Shown here piece after piece: positions 36,638-46,641 of a stretch of DNA of 64,000 bases. The first letter of the stretch is position 1; each line of letters opens with the position of its first letter. This DNA comes from Comamonadaceae bacterium (lineage in GTDB: Bacteria > Pseudomonadota > Gammaproteobacteria > Burkholderiales > Burkholderiaceae_C), in assembly GCA_027486495.1 (NCBI GenBank), contig JAIXOZ010000042.1:10226-74225 (forward strand), written 5' to 3'. Position numbers and translations under genes: made by a program. The notes under the pieces are model-generated. The model was not told the DNA's origin. It worked only from the letters and a program-made list of their open reading frames with translations, and did not search any database.

Positions 36638-36676
36638 ACAACGGATTCGACAAGACCCCCTGCAAGGAAACCCAAC

Positions 36677-37927
36677 ATGAGCTCCAAAGGATTTTTCAAC
36701 GCGTTTGCCGATGTGTGGATGCACGAGGGCGTGCGCACGCCCATGGTCGATTACTGCGGCGCTTTGGGCCACATCTCACCCACAGACCTGGGCATCAAGG
36801 CCGCTCGCGAAGCTTTGAAGCGCGCAGGCATCGCCCCCACCGACATTGGCTCGGTCATCACTGGCAACATGGCCCCGGGCGACTTCGATCAGTTTGTGCT
36901 GCCGCGCCACATTGGCCTGTACGCCGGGGTGCCACAAGAGGTCCCCGCCATCATGGTGCAGCGCATCTGCGGCACAGGCTTTGAGTTGTTTCGCCAAGCG
37001 GGTGAACAAATCCAAGCGGGTGTTTGTGAGGCCGCACTGGTCGTCGGCACCGAAAGCATGACGCGCAACCCGATTGCCGCCTTCGACCACCGCACCGGCT
37101 TCAAGCTGGGCGCGCCCGTGGGCTTCAAGGACTTCATGTGGGAAGCCCTGAAGGACCCAGCCGCAGGCATCAACATGATCCAGACGGCCGAGAACCTGGC
37201 CAAAAAATACAACATCACCCGCGAAGAGGTGGACCAGTTCGCATCCGACTCGTTTGCCAAGGCAGTGGCCGCACAAGCAGCCGGTTTCCATGCGGGTGAG
37301 ATCGTGCCCGTGGTCACTGAAAAATTCGAGCTCGAAGGCTACATCGCTCGCGGCATCAAGTTGCAAGGCAAAGTGACCGAGGTCAACGCCGACACCCACC
37401 CGCGCCTCTCCCCTGCCGAGGTACTGGGCAAACTCAAGTCCGTGTACGAAGACGGCGTGCAAACCGGTGGCAACAGCTCGGCCTTGGTCGACGCGGCAGC
37501 AGCCTGTGTGGTCACATCGGGCACTTACGCCAAGGCACACGGCAAAAAACCCATGGCCCGCGTGGTGGCTGCAGCGGCCGTGGGTGTGCCGCCCGAAATC
37601 ATGGGCATTGGCCCCGCGCCTGCGATTCGCTTGCTGCTCGAGCGCACGGGCCTCAAGCTGTCCGACATTGGCCGCTTCGAAATCAACGAAGCGCAAGGCG
37701 CGCAGACCTTGGCGGTGGGCCGCGAGTTGGGGCTCGACATGTCCAAGCTCAACGTCAACGGCGGCGCGATCGCGCTGGGTCACCCCCTGGCTGCGACCGG
37801 CGTGCGCCTGACCATCACGCTGGCACGCGAGCTCCAACGCAGCGGCTTGCGTTATGGCATCTCGAGCGCCTGTGTGGGCGGCGGACAAGGCATTGCGCTG
37901 TTGATCGAAAACCCCGAAGCCGTTTGA
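36677..37927 (+). CDS. Acetyl-CoA C-acyltransferase (thiolase)
   Basis: Active-site region QRICGTG, NVNGGAIALGHPLAATG, and C-terminal CVGGGQGIALLIE. Confidence 0.9.
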   Translation: MSSKGFFNAFADVWMHEGVRTPMVDYCGALGHISPTDLGIKAAREALKRAGIAPTDIGSVITGNMAPGDFDQFVLPRHIGLYAGVPQEVPAIMVQRICGTGFELFRQAGEQIQAGVCEAALVVGTESMTRNPIAAFDHRTGFKLGAPVGFKDFMWEALKDPAAGINMIQTAENLAKKYNITREEVDQFASDSFAKAVAAQAAGFHAGEIVPVVTEKFELEGYIARGIKLQGKVTEVNADTHPRLSPAEVLGKLKSVYEDGVQTGGNSSALVDAAAACVVTSGTYAKAHGKKPMARVVAAAAVGVPPEIMGIGPAPAIRLLLERTGLKLSDIGRFEINEAQGAQTLAVGRELGLDMSKLNVNGGAIALGHPLAATGVRLTITLARELQRSGLRYGISSACVGGGQGIALLIENPEAV

Positions 37928-37978
37928 CGCCACGGACATTCGCGACTGAATGCGACAAGATTCACAAAAGGAACTGAC

Positions 37979-38743
37979 ATGAACATCCAAGGACAAGCAG
38001 CACTGGTCACCGGCGGTGGCTCTGGTTTGGGCGAGGCCACGGCCCGCGAACTGGCCCGTTTGGGTGCCAAGGTCGCAGTGCTCGACCTGAACATGGCCAA
38101 CGCCGAGCGCGTGGCAGCCGACATCGGTGGCGTGGCGGTGCACTGCAACGTGAGCGATGCAGACAGCATGGCCCAGGCCATCCAGACGGCCGCAGCAGCC
38201 CATGGCCCTGCCCGCATCCTGATGCAGATCGCGGGCATCGGCACAGCCAAACGCGTGGTCGGCAAAGACGGCAAAGCCGCCCCGCTGGAAGAATTCGCCA
38301 AGGTCATCAACGTCAACCTGATCGGCACCTACAACGCGGCGCGTTTGTTTGCCGAGGCCTGCTCTAAGCTCGACCCCATGGATGATGGTGCGCGTGGCGT
38401 GATGGTCTTCACCGCGTCCGTCGCCGCCTTTGACGGGCAAGTGGGCCAGCAGGCCTACAGCGCCTCCAAAGCTGGTGTGGTCGGCATGACGCTGCCCATG
38501 GCACGCGACTTGGCCCAGCACGGCATCCGCGTGTGCACCATTGCTCCGGGTCTGTTTAAAACCCCCCTGCTGGCGAGCTTGCCCGAGCCGATCCAGCAGT
38601 CCCTGGCCGCCAGCATCCCCTTCCCCGCGCGCTTGGGCAAGCCCAGCGAGTTTGCCGAGCTGGCCTGCCACATCGTGCACAACGACCACCTGAACGGCGA
38701 AGTCATCCGCCTCGATGGTGCCTTGCGCATGGCCCCGCGTTGA
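37979..38743 (+). CDS. SDR-type 3-hydroxyacyl-CoA dehydrogenase
   Basis: TGGGSGLGEATA, YSASKAGVVGMT and RVCTIAPGLFKTPL resemble HSD17B10/FadB2-type SDRs. Confidence 0.85.
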   Translation: MNIQGQAALVTGGGSGLGEATARELARLGAKVAVLDLNMANAERVAADIGGVAVHCNVSDADSMAQAIQTAAAAHGPARILMQIAGIGTAKRVVGKDGKAAPLEEFAKVINVNLIGTYNAARLFAEACSKLDPMDDGARGVMVFTASVAAFDGQVGQQAYSASKAGVVGMTLPMARDLAQHGIRVCTIAPGLFKTPLLASLPEPIQQSLAASIPFPARLGKPSEFAELACHIVHNDHLNGEVIRLDGALRMAPR

Positions 38744-38753
38744 AAGAAAAAAC

Positions 38754-39173
38754 ATGAGCAAAACCGTTGTCTACGACGTGCAAGTGGTGTTCGGTGACTG
38801 CGACCCCGCAGGCATCGTGTTCTTCCCCAATTTCTCGAAATGGATGGACGCCTCGTCCCTGAACTTTTTCATGAAATGCGGCATCTTGCCCTGGCGCGAG
38901 CTGGTCAAAACGCGCGGCATCATTGGCACGCCACTCTTGGAAATCAACACCAAATTCATCCGCCCCGCCACCTACGGCGAAACCATTCAGGTGCACACCA
39001 GCGTGCAGGAATGGCGCGACAAGGTGTTTGTCCACAAGCATGTGGTCATGCGCGGTGACACCGTGCTGTGTGAAGGCACCGAAGTGCGTGCCTTTTGCAT
39101 CAAGCACCCTGACGATCCGGACCGCATCAAAGCCATCCCGGTGCCCGAAGACATCCGCACTTTGTGCAGCTGA
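38754..39173 (+). CDS. Acyl-CoA thioesterase (4HBT/YbgC hot-dog fold)
   Basis: VQVVFGDCDPAGIVFFPNFSKWMD, with the catalytic Asp in the DxxG(I/V)V context. Confidence 0.8.
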   Translation: MSKTVVYDVQVVFGDCDPAGIVFFPNFSKWMDASSLNFFMKCGILPWRELVKTRGIIGTPLLEINTKFIRPATYGETIQVHTSVQEWRDKVFVHKHVVMRGDTVLCEGTEVRAFCIKHPDDPDRIKAIPVPEDIRTLCS

Positions 39174-39234
39174 TTTTTTCGATTGACCTTTTTTACCCCC
39201 TGAGTTTTTCAACCCACCCCAAGAGGAGACAAGC

Positions 39235-40236
39235 ATGAGCAACCGTCGCGAATTCATTCAATCGACCATTGGAGCCGCCGTTCTGGGCAGCACCGCATTC
39301 CAGCAAGCCTGGGCACAAAGTGGCCTGCCCATCGAGCAAGTCAAAGTGCTCTACGGCTTCCCACCCGGCAGCTCGGGCGACATCTGCGCCCGCCGTGTGG
39401 CCGAAAAGTTTGGCGGCACGCCTTACAGCAAGAACGCCGGCATCATTGACAGCAAGCCAGGTGCGGGCGGTCAAATTGCTTTGAACCTGCTCAAAAGTGC
39501 CCCGGCCGACGGCTCTGTCTTGGCCATGACACCCTTCTCGGCGATTTCTCTGTACCCCCACATTTTCAAAAATCTCCAGTACAAGCCTTTTGAAGACTTC
39601 ACCCCCGTGGGCACCGCCTCCATGATCCACCACGGTTTTGCCGTGGGCCCCATGGTGCCTGCCAGCGTCAAAAACGTGAAAGACTTCATCGCCTGGGCCA
39701 AAGCCAACCCCGCACAAGCGAGCTACGGCTCGCCCGCTGCAGGCTCCACACCGCACTTCATTGGCGCTTTGCTCGGCCTGAACCAGAACTTTGAGTTCAA
39801 GCATGTGCCTTACCGTGGCTCGGTGCCTGGCGTGACCGACGTGGTCGGTGGCCAAATTGCCTGCATGTTCACACCCCACGGCGATTTCATTGCCAACCAC
39901 AAAGCCGGCAAGATGCGCATCTTGGCCACCTCGGGCAAAACCCGTTCGCCTTTTGTGCCCGACGTGGCCACATTTGCTGAACAAGGCTTCCCCGAGTTGA
40001 CTGTGGAAGAGTGGTTCGGCTTCTACGCCCCCGCCAAAACACCCGCCAACGTGGTCCAAGCGGCCAACACCGCCATCAACGCAGCGCTGAAAGACAAGGG
40101 CGTGCAGGATGCCTTGACCGTTGTCGGTCTGATTCCGTTTGGAGGCTCTGCCGCTGACCAGCTCAAGAGCTCGCAAGTGGAACTCGAACGTTGGGGTCCA
40201 CTGATCAAGCGCATCGGCTTCAGCGTGGACTCCTGA
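39235..40236 (+). CDS. Bug-family (TctC-like) tripartite tricarboxylate transporter substrate-binding protein, Tat signal
   Basis: Strong RBS AAGAGGAG. SNRREFIQ twin-arginine signal. PGAGGQIA and PYRGS motifs. Confidence 0.9.
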   Translation: MSNRREFIQSTIGAAVLGSTAFQQAWAQSGLPIEQVKVLYGFPPGSSGDICARRVAEKFGGTPYSKNAGIIDSKPGAGGQIALNLLKSAPADGSVLAMTPFSAISLYPHIFKNLQYKPFEDFTPVGTASMIHHGFAVGPMVPASVKNVKDFIAWAKANPAQASYGSPAAGSTPHFIGALLGLNQNFEFKHVPYRGSVPGVTDVVGGQIACMFTPHGDFIANHKAGKMRILATSGKTRSPFVPDVATFAEQGFPELTVEEWFGFYAPAKTPANVVQAANTAINAALKDKGVQDALTVVGLIPFGGSAADQLKSSQVELERWGPLIKRIGFSVDS

Positions 40237-40263
40237 TCTCTCAGCCAACGCTGGATGAAACAC

Positions 40264-40307
40264 CCTCGATGGCCCATGCGCTAAGCGCAAAACCATGGCC
40301 ATCGAGG
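40264..40307 (+). terminator. Long stem-loop between the Bug gene and the esterase gene (possible attenuator or terminator)
   Basis: CCTCGATGGCC (40264-40274) pairs with GGCCATCGAGG (40297-40307). There is an inner palindrome GCGC-TAA-GCGC and no T-run. Confidence 0.35.
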
Positions 40308-40425
40308 TGGTCTCTGTGACCTCCATCACTGCCTGCCAGAGGTCCAAACTGGTTTTGTGATTTTTCGATTCTTCTGGCAGTGCCACAACGACGCGCTGCC
40401 ATCACACCACGTATGAGGGGCGCAC

Positions 40426-42150
40426 ATGACGATCCGACTGATGGCTTTGGGAAGTTTATTGTGGCTGACAGGCTGTGCCGACGGTTTGACGACCCAAGCA
40501 CCGGCCAGCTTGGCACCTGCGCGAAGCGGCTCTTTGTTGCAATGCGATGAACTGCGTGACCAATTCAAATACGCTGCAACACGCATTGAGTCGACCGAGC
40601 TGGTTCCTGCCGGAGAGGTGCGTACCGGTCCACAGCCAACCGCTGTCACGGCCTACAAAACGGGCAGCCACTGTTTGATCAAGGGCAAGATGCAAGAGCG
40701 TCAAGGTGCCGATGGACAGCCTTATGCGCTTGGTTTTGAAATGCGCTTGCCCAAAGAATGGAACGGTCGCTTTTTCTACCAGGCCAATGGCGGCTTGGAT
40801 GGTGTCGTGCAGCCCGCACTGGGTGCGCTGGGTGGCGGCCCCTTGACTGGCGCACTCGCGCAGGGTTTCGCGGTGATCAGCTCCGACGCCGGTCACAGCC
40901 CCAGACAAAACCCTTACTTTGGCTCTGAGCCGCAGGCACGCCAAGACTACGGTTACACCGCCGTGGGCAAACTCACCCCCATGGCCAAGGCGCTGATCAA
41001 AACGGCTTATGGCAAATTGCCTGACCGTTCCTACATCGCGGGTTGCTCCAACGGCGGACGACACACCTTGGTGGCCGCTTCGCGCTATGCAGAGCAGTTT
41101 GACGGCTACTTGGCAGGCGCACCGGGCTACCGTTTGCCCAACGCCGCCTTGGCCCAACTTTGGGGCTCTTCCTTGTGGAACAGCTTGGCGCCCGCAGGCC
41201 CCACGGTGAACCACCCTTTTAATCCCAATTTAAAGTTCCCCGACATTGGCGCTGGCTTCAACGCCGAAGACCGACAGGTCTTGGCCCGTGCAGTTTTGGC
41301 CAAATGCGATGCGATCGATGGCGCAACCGACGGCATGGTTCAAGATGTGGCCGCTTGCCAAAAAACGTTTGACGTTCAAAAAGACATCCCCAATTGCACG
41401 GCGGGACGTGACGGAAAGTGCTTGAGTGTGATGCAAAAAAATGTCATCGCTCAAGTCTTCAAAGGGGGGCAAACCGCGAATGGCACGCCTTTCTACAGCC
41501 CATTTCCATACGACCCGGGTGTCTCTGGCGCCAACTGGGCCACTTGGAAATTTGTGTTCTCGCAAGCCCTGGACCCAGGTGCCTTGAGCCATGTGTTCAC
41601 CAGCCCCAAACGGGACGTCAAGGCATTCGATTCCGATTACGACAACTTGTACGCCGCTATTTTTGCCAAACCTCCTGGGTTCAGTGAGAGCGCCGACGAG
41701 ACCATCACGCCCTTGAACCATGCAAAACCTGCCAACATGAAACAGGTTCAACAACGTGGCGCCAAGGTGTTGCTGTACCACGGTGTGAGTGACCCGGTTT
41801 TTTCTGAAACCGATACCCGCGCCTGGGTCGATCGTGTGGCCAAAGAAGTGCCCAACAGCGCCAATTTCGTGCGCCACTTCCCCATTCCTGGCATGAACCA
41901 TTGCAGCGCAGGCCCTGCGACGGACCAGTTTGACGCACTCACGCCTTTGGTGGCTTGGGTGGAGCAAGGCCTTGCCCCTGACCGCATCACGGCCCAAGTG
42001 CGCGGATCGGGCAATGCAGGCGGTGTGAACGCCGAGTTGCCCGCGAACTGGAGCGCACAACGCACTCGCCCCTTGTGCGCGTACCCCAAAGTCGCCCAAT
42101 ACATGGGCCAAGGTTCGCTGGAAAATGCCGACAGTTTCACCTGCCAATAA
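40426..42150 (+). CDS. Tannase/feruloyl esterase family hydrolase, lipoprotein
   Basis: Lipobox LWLTGC and nucleophile motif GCSNGGRH. About 574 aa, typical of the family. Confidence 0.85.
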   Translation: MTIRLMALGSLLWLTGCADGLTTQAPASLAPARSGSLLQCDELRDQFKYAATRIESTELVPAGEVRTGPQPTAVTAYKTGSHCLIKGKMQERQGADGQPYALGFEMRLPKEWNGRFFYQANGGLDGVVQPALGALGGGPLTGALAQGFAVISSDAGHSPRQNPYFGSEPQARQDYGYTAVGKLTPMAKALIKTAYGKLPDRSYIAGCSNGGRHTLVAASRYAEQFDGYLAGAPGYRLPNAALAQLWGSSLWNSLAPAGPTVNHPFNPNLKFPDIGAGFNAEDRQVLARAVLAKCDAIDGATDGMVQDVAACQKTFDVQKDIPNCTAGRDGKCLSVMQKNVIAQVFKGGQTANGTPFYSPFPYDPGVSGANWATWKFVFSQALDPGALSHVFTSPKRDVKAFDSDYDNLYAAIFAKPPGFSESADETITPLNHAKPANMKQVQQRGAKVLLYHGVSDPVFSETDTRAWVDRVAKEVPNSANFVRHFPIPGMNHCSAGPATDQFDALTPLVAWVEQGLAPDRITAQVRGSGNAGGVNAELPANWSAQRTRPLCAYPKVAQYMGQGSLENADSFTCQ

Positions 42151-42191
42151 AGCGGTGACTTGACCCAAAATCCTTGTTTTTGAAACCGACC

Positions 42192-43907
42192 ATGAACGCC
42201 TACCAACCCCGCACCGACGACATGCAGTTTTTGTTGTCCAGGGTCCTGAATGCAAGCGCCCAACTGCAAGCCTTGCCTGTTTTTGCCGAGGTGGACGCAG
42301 AACTGATGCACCAAGTGCTGGATGAAGCGGGTAAGTTCGTGGGCGAAGTCGTCGCCCCGCTCAACCGCGATGGCGACGAAATCGGTGCGCAGTGGAGTGA
42401 TGGCGCGGTCACCATGCCGCCCGGCTTCAAAGCGGCCTATCAAGCTTTTTGGCAAGCGGGTTGGCCCGCGCTGGCGGCCAGCGCCGAAGACGGCGGTCAA
42501 GGCCTGCCCAGTGTGCTCGAAGCCATGCTCTACGAAATGCTGTCCGCCGCGAACCACGGCTGGACGATGGCGCCGGGCTTGCTTCACGGCGCTTACGAGT
42601 GCATCAAGCACCACGCCAGCGACGAACTCAAAACGCAGTATTTGGAGAAAGTGGCCACCGGCGAATGGCTGGCCACGATGTGCCTGACCGAGCCACATGC
42701 CGGCTCCGATTTGGGCTTGGCTCGAACCAAAGCTGTGCCCCTGCCCGATGGAAAGTACGCCGTGAGCGGCACCAAGATTTTCATCTCCGGCGGCGAGCAC
42801 GACCTGACCGACAACATCGTGCACTTGGTGCTGGCCCGCCTGCCCGATGCGCCGCCCGGCCCCAAAGGCCTGTCCCTGTTTCTGGTGCCCAAGTTCTACC
42901 CGGACGGCAGCCGAAGCCGTGTGCACTGCGACCGCATCGAAGAAAAAATGGGCCTGCACGGCAGCCCCACTTGTGTGATGCGGTTTGACGAAGCGGTCTC
43001 TTCCATAGTGGGCGAGCCTGGCAAAGGCCTGAACGCGATGTTCGTGATGATGAACGCCGCCCGATTGCATGTGGCCTTACAAGGCATTGGCCTGCTGGAC
43101 GCCGCCTGGCAAAAGGCCGATGCGTATGCCCAAGAGCGTCGCCAAATGCGTGCACCCGGCAAAGGCAAATCAGCAGGCGAAGCCGACCTGATTGGCGAAC
43201 ACCCCGCCATGCGCCGCATTCTGGACACGCAGCGTGCCTGGGTTGACGCCGGTCGTGTGCTGGCCTACCGCACCGCGCTGGAACTCGACCTGATCAAGCA
43301 CAGCCCTGATGCCGACACGCAAGCCGCCGCCCAACGCTGGTGCGCACTGGTCACGCCGGTCATGAAGTCGGTCTTCACCCACCAAGCCTTTCATGGCGGC
43401 AGCGACTGCCTGCAGGTGTTTGGCGGCCACGGCTATGTGCGCGAATGGGGCATCGAGCAGATCGTGCGCGACGCCCGCGTGGCCATGATTTACGAAGGCA
43501 CCAACGAGATCCAGGCGATTGACCTCTTGGTGCGCAAGGTGCTGGCCGATGGCGGCACGGGCATGAACGCGTTGCTGGACACCATCGCAGCGGACTTGCC
43601 CAAGTCAGCCAAAACGCACACACCCGCCATGGCGCGCATCCAGACATTGCGCGCCATCACCCAGCAAATCGTGCAGGCTGCACCCAAAGACGCGGCGCTG
43701 GCCTACCGTGTGGCCGACGACTATTTGCGCGCCGTGGCGCTGGTGTTGATGGACTGGGCCTGGCTGCGCATCGAAGCGGGCGTGGACGCCGACACGCCCC
43801 ATGCCGATGCGCGTTGGCTGACGCCAGCAAAAGCCCTGCGCAGCTGGGTGCTGCCCGAGTTCCAGATGCGCAGCTTCATCATCGTGCAGCAGTGCGTGGC
43901 GGCATAA
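42192..43907 (+). CDS. Acyl-CoA dehydrogenase (long form with extra C-terminal domain)
   Basis: CLTEPHAGSDL, KIFISGGEHD and YEGTNEIQAIDL motifs. Confidence 0.9.
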   Translation: MNAYQPRTDDMQFLLSRVLNASAQLQALPVFAEVDAELMHQVLDEAGKFVGEVVAPLNRDGDEIGAQWSDGAVTMPPGFKAAYQAFWQAGWPALAASAEDGGQGLPSVLEAMLYEMLSAANHGWTMAPGLLHGAYECIKHHASDELKTQYLEKVATGEWLATMCLTEPHAGSDLGLARTKAVPLPDGKYAVSGTKIFISGGEHDLTDNIVHLVLARLPDAPPGPKGLSLFLVPKFYPDGSRSRVHCDRIEEKMGLHGSPTCVMRFDEAVSSIVGEPGKGLNAMFVMMNAARLHVALQGIGLLDAAWQKADAYAQERRQMRAPGKGKSAGEADLIGEHPAMRRILDTQRAWVDAGRVLAYRTALELDLIKHSPDADTQAAAQRWCALVTPVMKSVFTHQAFHGGSDCLQVFGGHGYVREWGIEQIVRDARVAMIYEGTNEIQAIDLLVRKVLADGGTGMNALLDTIAADLPKSAKTHTPAMARIQTLRAITQQIVQAAPKDAALAYRVADDYLRAVALVLMDWAWLRIEAGVDADTPHADARWLTPAKALRSWVLPEFQMRSFIIVQQCVAA

Positions 43908-43931
43908 TCGCGCCGACACCATCGCGCCATC

Positions 43932-44501
43932 ATGCCCCCCAAACCGACACTGAAAACCCCAAGGCCCGAGGCCACCGAGACCGGCACCTTTGTGCCCAAT
44001 GCACCCAGACAGCCCCCGCTCGCCAAAACTCGCCGAGAGCGGGCCTCTTCCAACCCCTCCGCAGCGAACGCAGTGGACACGGTAGACACGGCTTACCTGC
44101 AAACTCTGATGGGCTACAACGCCCGCCGGGCCGCACTGAGCATCATTGAACTGTTTCTGGAGCGCTTGGCCCCTTATGGTTTGAAGCCGGTTGATTTTTC
44201 GGTCATGTCCACCATCTGCCACAACCCGGGCGTGACCTCGCGCCAGTTGTGCGCAACGCTCAACCTCTTGCCCCCCAATCTGGTGGGCCTGGTCCAGTCG
44301 CTCGAATCTCGCGGCCTGATCGAGCGCAAACCCCACCCGCACGACGGCCGCGCCGTGGGGCTACACGCCACCCCCAAAGGCCATGACTTGATGGTGCAAG
44401 CCGAGCAAACAGCCACCGAGCTGGAAATCGAAAAAACCGCCAAGCTCACGCCAGGGCAGCGCAAAACGCTGCTGGCACTGCTGCAAAAAATTTACCTTTG
44501 A
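43932..44501 (+). CDS. MarR family transcriptional regulator
   Basis: The winged helix is VTSRQLCATLNLLPPNLVGLVQSLESRGLIERKPHPHDGRAVGL. The first ~50 residues are low-complexity, so the true start may lie further downstream. Confidence 0.85.
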   Translation: MPPKPTLKTPRPEATETGTFVPNAPRQPPLAKTRRERASSNPSAANAVDTVDTAYLQTLMGYNARRAALSIIELFLERLAPYGLKPVDFSVMSTICHNPGVTSRQLCATLNLLPPNLVGLVQSLESRGLIERKPHPHDGRAVGLHATPKGHDLMVQAEQTATELEIEKTAKLTPGQRKTLLALLQKIYL

Positions 44502-45148
44502 CCGCGTTCGGCCAAGAAGATGTCGATGCGGCGGTTGCGTGCGCGACCAGATTCCGTGCCGTTGTCGGCCACAGGCTCACGTGAACCGCGGCCGTCGATG
44601 CTGATGCGGCTGCTGTTCACGCCCCGGGCCACCAAGTAGTCACGGGCACTTTGAGCGCGGTTGACCGAAAGCGGATTGTTGATCGCATCGCTGCCGGTGC
44701 TGTCGGTGTGGCCCACGATGCGCACTTCCATGCTGGTTTGCTGGCTCAGGCCTTGCGCAAACTGGTCCAAGATGGGGCGCAAATTGGGCTTGATGTCGGC
44801 GCGTCCGATGTCAAATGAGATGTCATTCGGTATGCTCAGTTTGAGCTGATTGTCAGGGGTTTGCGTGACCACCGTGCCCGTGCCGGCAGTGGCTTGTTCC
44901 ATGGCGCGCTTTTTGTCTTCCATCTGCTTGGACCAGATGTAGCCGCCCAAGGCTCCCAAACCCGCACCAATGGCGGTGGATTTGCTGTCGCGGCCCAACA
45001 CTTGTCCCGCTACGGCGCCAATCACGGCCCCGGTTCCGGCCCCTTTTTGCTCTTGAGTCGCGGTGGCGCAACCGGTCAACAAAACAGCTGCGGCGCAAGC
45101 AGCAACACCCAAATGGGTCAAAACAGTATTTTTTCGGGTCATGGTCAT
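44492..45148 (-). CDS. OmpA-family lipoprotein with glycine-zipper segment
   Basis: Lipobox LLTGC, a GxxxG-rich stretch, and the OmpA_C motif VGHTDSTGSDAINNPLSVNRA...NRRIDI. Confidence 0.85.
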   Translation of the reverse strand: MTMTRKNTVLTHLGVAACAAAVLLTGCATATQEQKGAGTGAVIGAVAGQVLGRDSKSTAIGAGLGALGGYIWSKQMEDKKRAMEQATAGTGTVVTQTPDNQLKLSIPNDISFDIGRADIKPNLRPILDQFAQGLSQQTSMEVRIVGHTDSTGSDAINNPLSVNRAQSARDYLVARGVNSSRISIDGRGSREPVADNGTESGRARNRRIDIFLAERGQR

Positions 45149-45382
45149 TCCTTGAAGTGGCTCAGCTAAGACTCCAAATCTAACCGACAGCCGACACTGC
45201 CTGTGTGGGGCAAGCCACATTAATTGCAAGCAATCGTTTCACCGGGTAGCTCGTTGCAGGTTCGCTCCCGCTACAAGCCGCCCTGGCCAAGCGCCAGCGC
45301 TTTTTTCATAGGCTTGACATGGGTGACAGCGCCCCGCGCCGATGTCTGAGAAGATTCTGTTTTTGATCCTCAGGTGTTCACC

Positions 45383-46555
45383 ATGCTGCTCGCACAACTG
45401 CCCCAAGACGCACACCAGGCCTTGCTGATCGGTCGTTTGTGGGTGCCCGGCCTGGGACCCTTTGTGGTGGCTGTCACGCCTGAAGACGTACTGGATTTGT
45501 CGGCTCTGGCCAGCACCAGCAGCGCCTTGTTGGAACTGCCCGATGCGGCTGCCCAAGTGCGCACCTGCCTGGCCTCGGGCCGGGCCCCGCGCTTGGCCAG
45601 CACCGCCCAAGCTTTGGCCAACAGCGACGAGACCCAACGCCAAAGCGATCAGCCCTGGCTCATGGCCCCCTGCGATCTGCAAGCCGTCAAGGCCGCAGGC
45701 GTGACCTTCGTGGCCAGCATGCTCGAGCGCGTGATCGAGGAACAAGCCCGGGGCGACGCCACCCGCGCCGAAGCCGTGCGCCAAGCGGTGGTGGCCGTCA
45801 TTGGCGACAACCTGCGCAGCGTGGTCCCCGGCTCGCCCGCGTCGGCCCGACTCAAAGAGGTGTTGCTCGCCCAGGGCATGTGGTCGCAATACCTGGAAGT
45901 GGGCATCGGACCGGACGCCGAAATTTTCACCAAGGCGCAGCCCATGAGCGCGGTCGGCCCTGGGGCCCTGGTGGGCATTCATCCGGGCAGCCAGTGGAAC
46001 AACCCCGAACCCGAAATCGTGCTGGCGGCCAATTCACGCGGCGAGGTGGTAGGCGCCACCTTGGGCAACGACGTGAACCTGCGTGACTTCGAAGGCCGCA
46101 GTGCCCTGCTGCTGGGCAAAGCCAAGGACAACAACGCCAGCTGCGCCATCGGCCCCTTCATCCGCCTTTTTGACGACCACTTCAGCATCGACGACGTGCG
46201 CCAGTGCGAGCTGAGCCTGAAAGTGCAAGGCCCCGAGGGTTTTGTGATGCAAGGCAGCAGTGCCTTGAACCAAATCAGCCGCGACCCGCTGGACTTGGCG
46301 GGCCAAGCCATGGGCCCTTACCACCAATACCCGGACGGGATGATGTTGTTCTTGGGCACCATGTTTGCGCCAACACAAGACCGCCACGGCCCAGGCCAGG
46401 GCTTCACCCATGTGGTGGACGACGTGGTGAGCATTTCCACCCCACAACTGGGCACCCTGGTCAACCAAGTCAGCACCTCGGACCAAGCACCCGCCTGGAC
46501 CTATGGTGCCGGTGCGCTGATGCGCGACTTGGCCAAACGCCAACGGGTGAACTGA
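45383..46555 (+). CDS. Fumarylacetoacetate hydrolase (FAH) family protein
   Basis: EPEIVLAANSRGEVVGATLGNDVNLRDFE...KAKDNNASCAIGPF. A GTG at 45374 is an alternative start. Confidence 0.85.
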   Translation: MLLAQLPQDAHQALLIGRLWVPGLGPFVVAVTPEDVLDLSALASTSSALLELPDAAAQVRTCLASGRAPRLASTAQALANSDETQRQSDQPWLMAPCDLQAVKAAGVTFVASMLERVIEEQARGDATRAEAVRQAVVAVIGDNLRSVVPGSPASARLKEVLLAQGMWSQYLEVGIGPDAEIFTKAQPMSAVGPGALVGIHPGSQWNNPEPEIVLAANSRGEVVGATLGNDVNLRDFEGRSALLLGKAKDNNASCAIGPFIRLFDDHFSIDDVRQCELSLKVQGPEGFVMQGSSALNQISRDPLDLAGQAMGPYHQYPDGMMLFLGTMFAPTQDRHGPGQGFTHVVDDVVSISTPQLGTLVNQVSTSDQAPAWTYGAGALMRDLAKRQRVN

Positions 46556-46641
46556 GGGTTAGCAGGGCTGGCATAATTTTGGGTTTTCCACACCCCGGCA
46601 GCCCGCCAGCGGCTCCGGGCCCATTTCTGACAGGACCCCCC

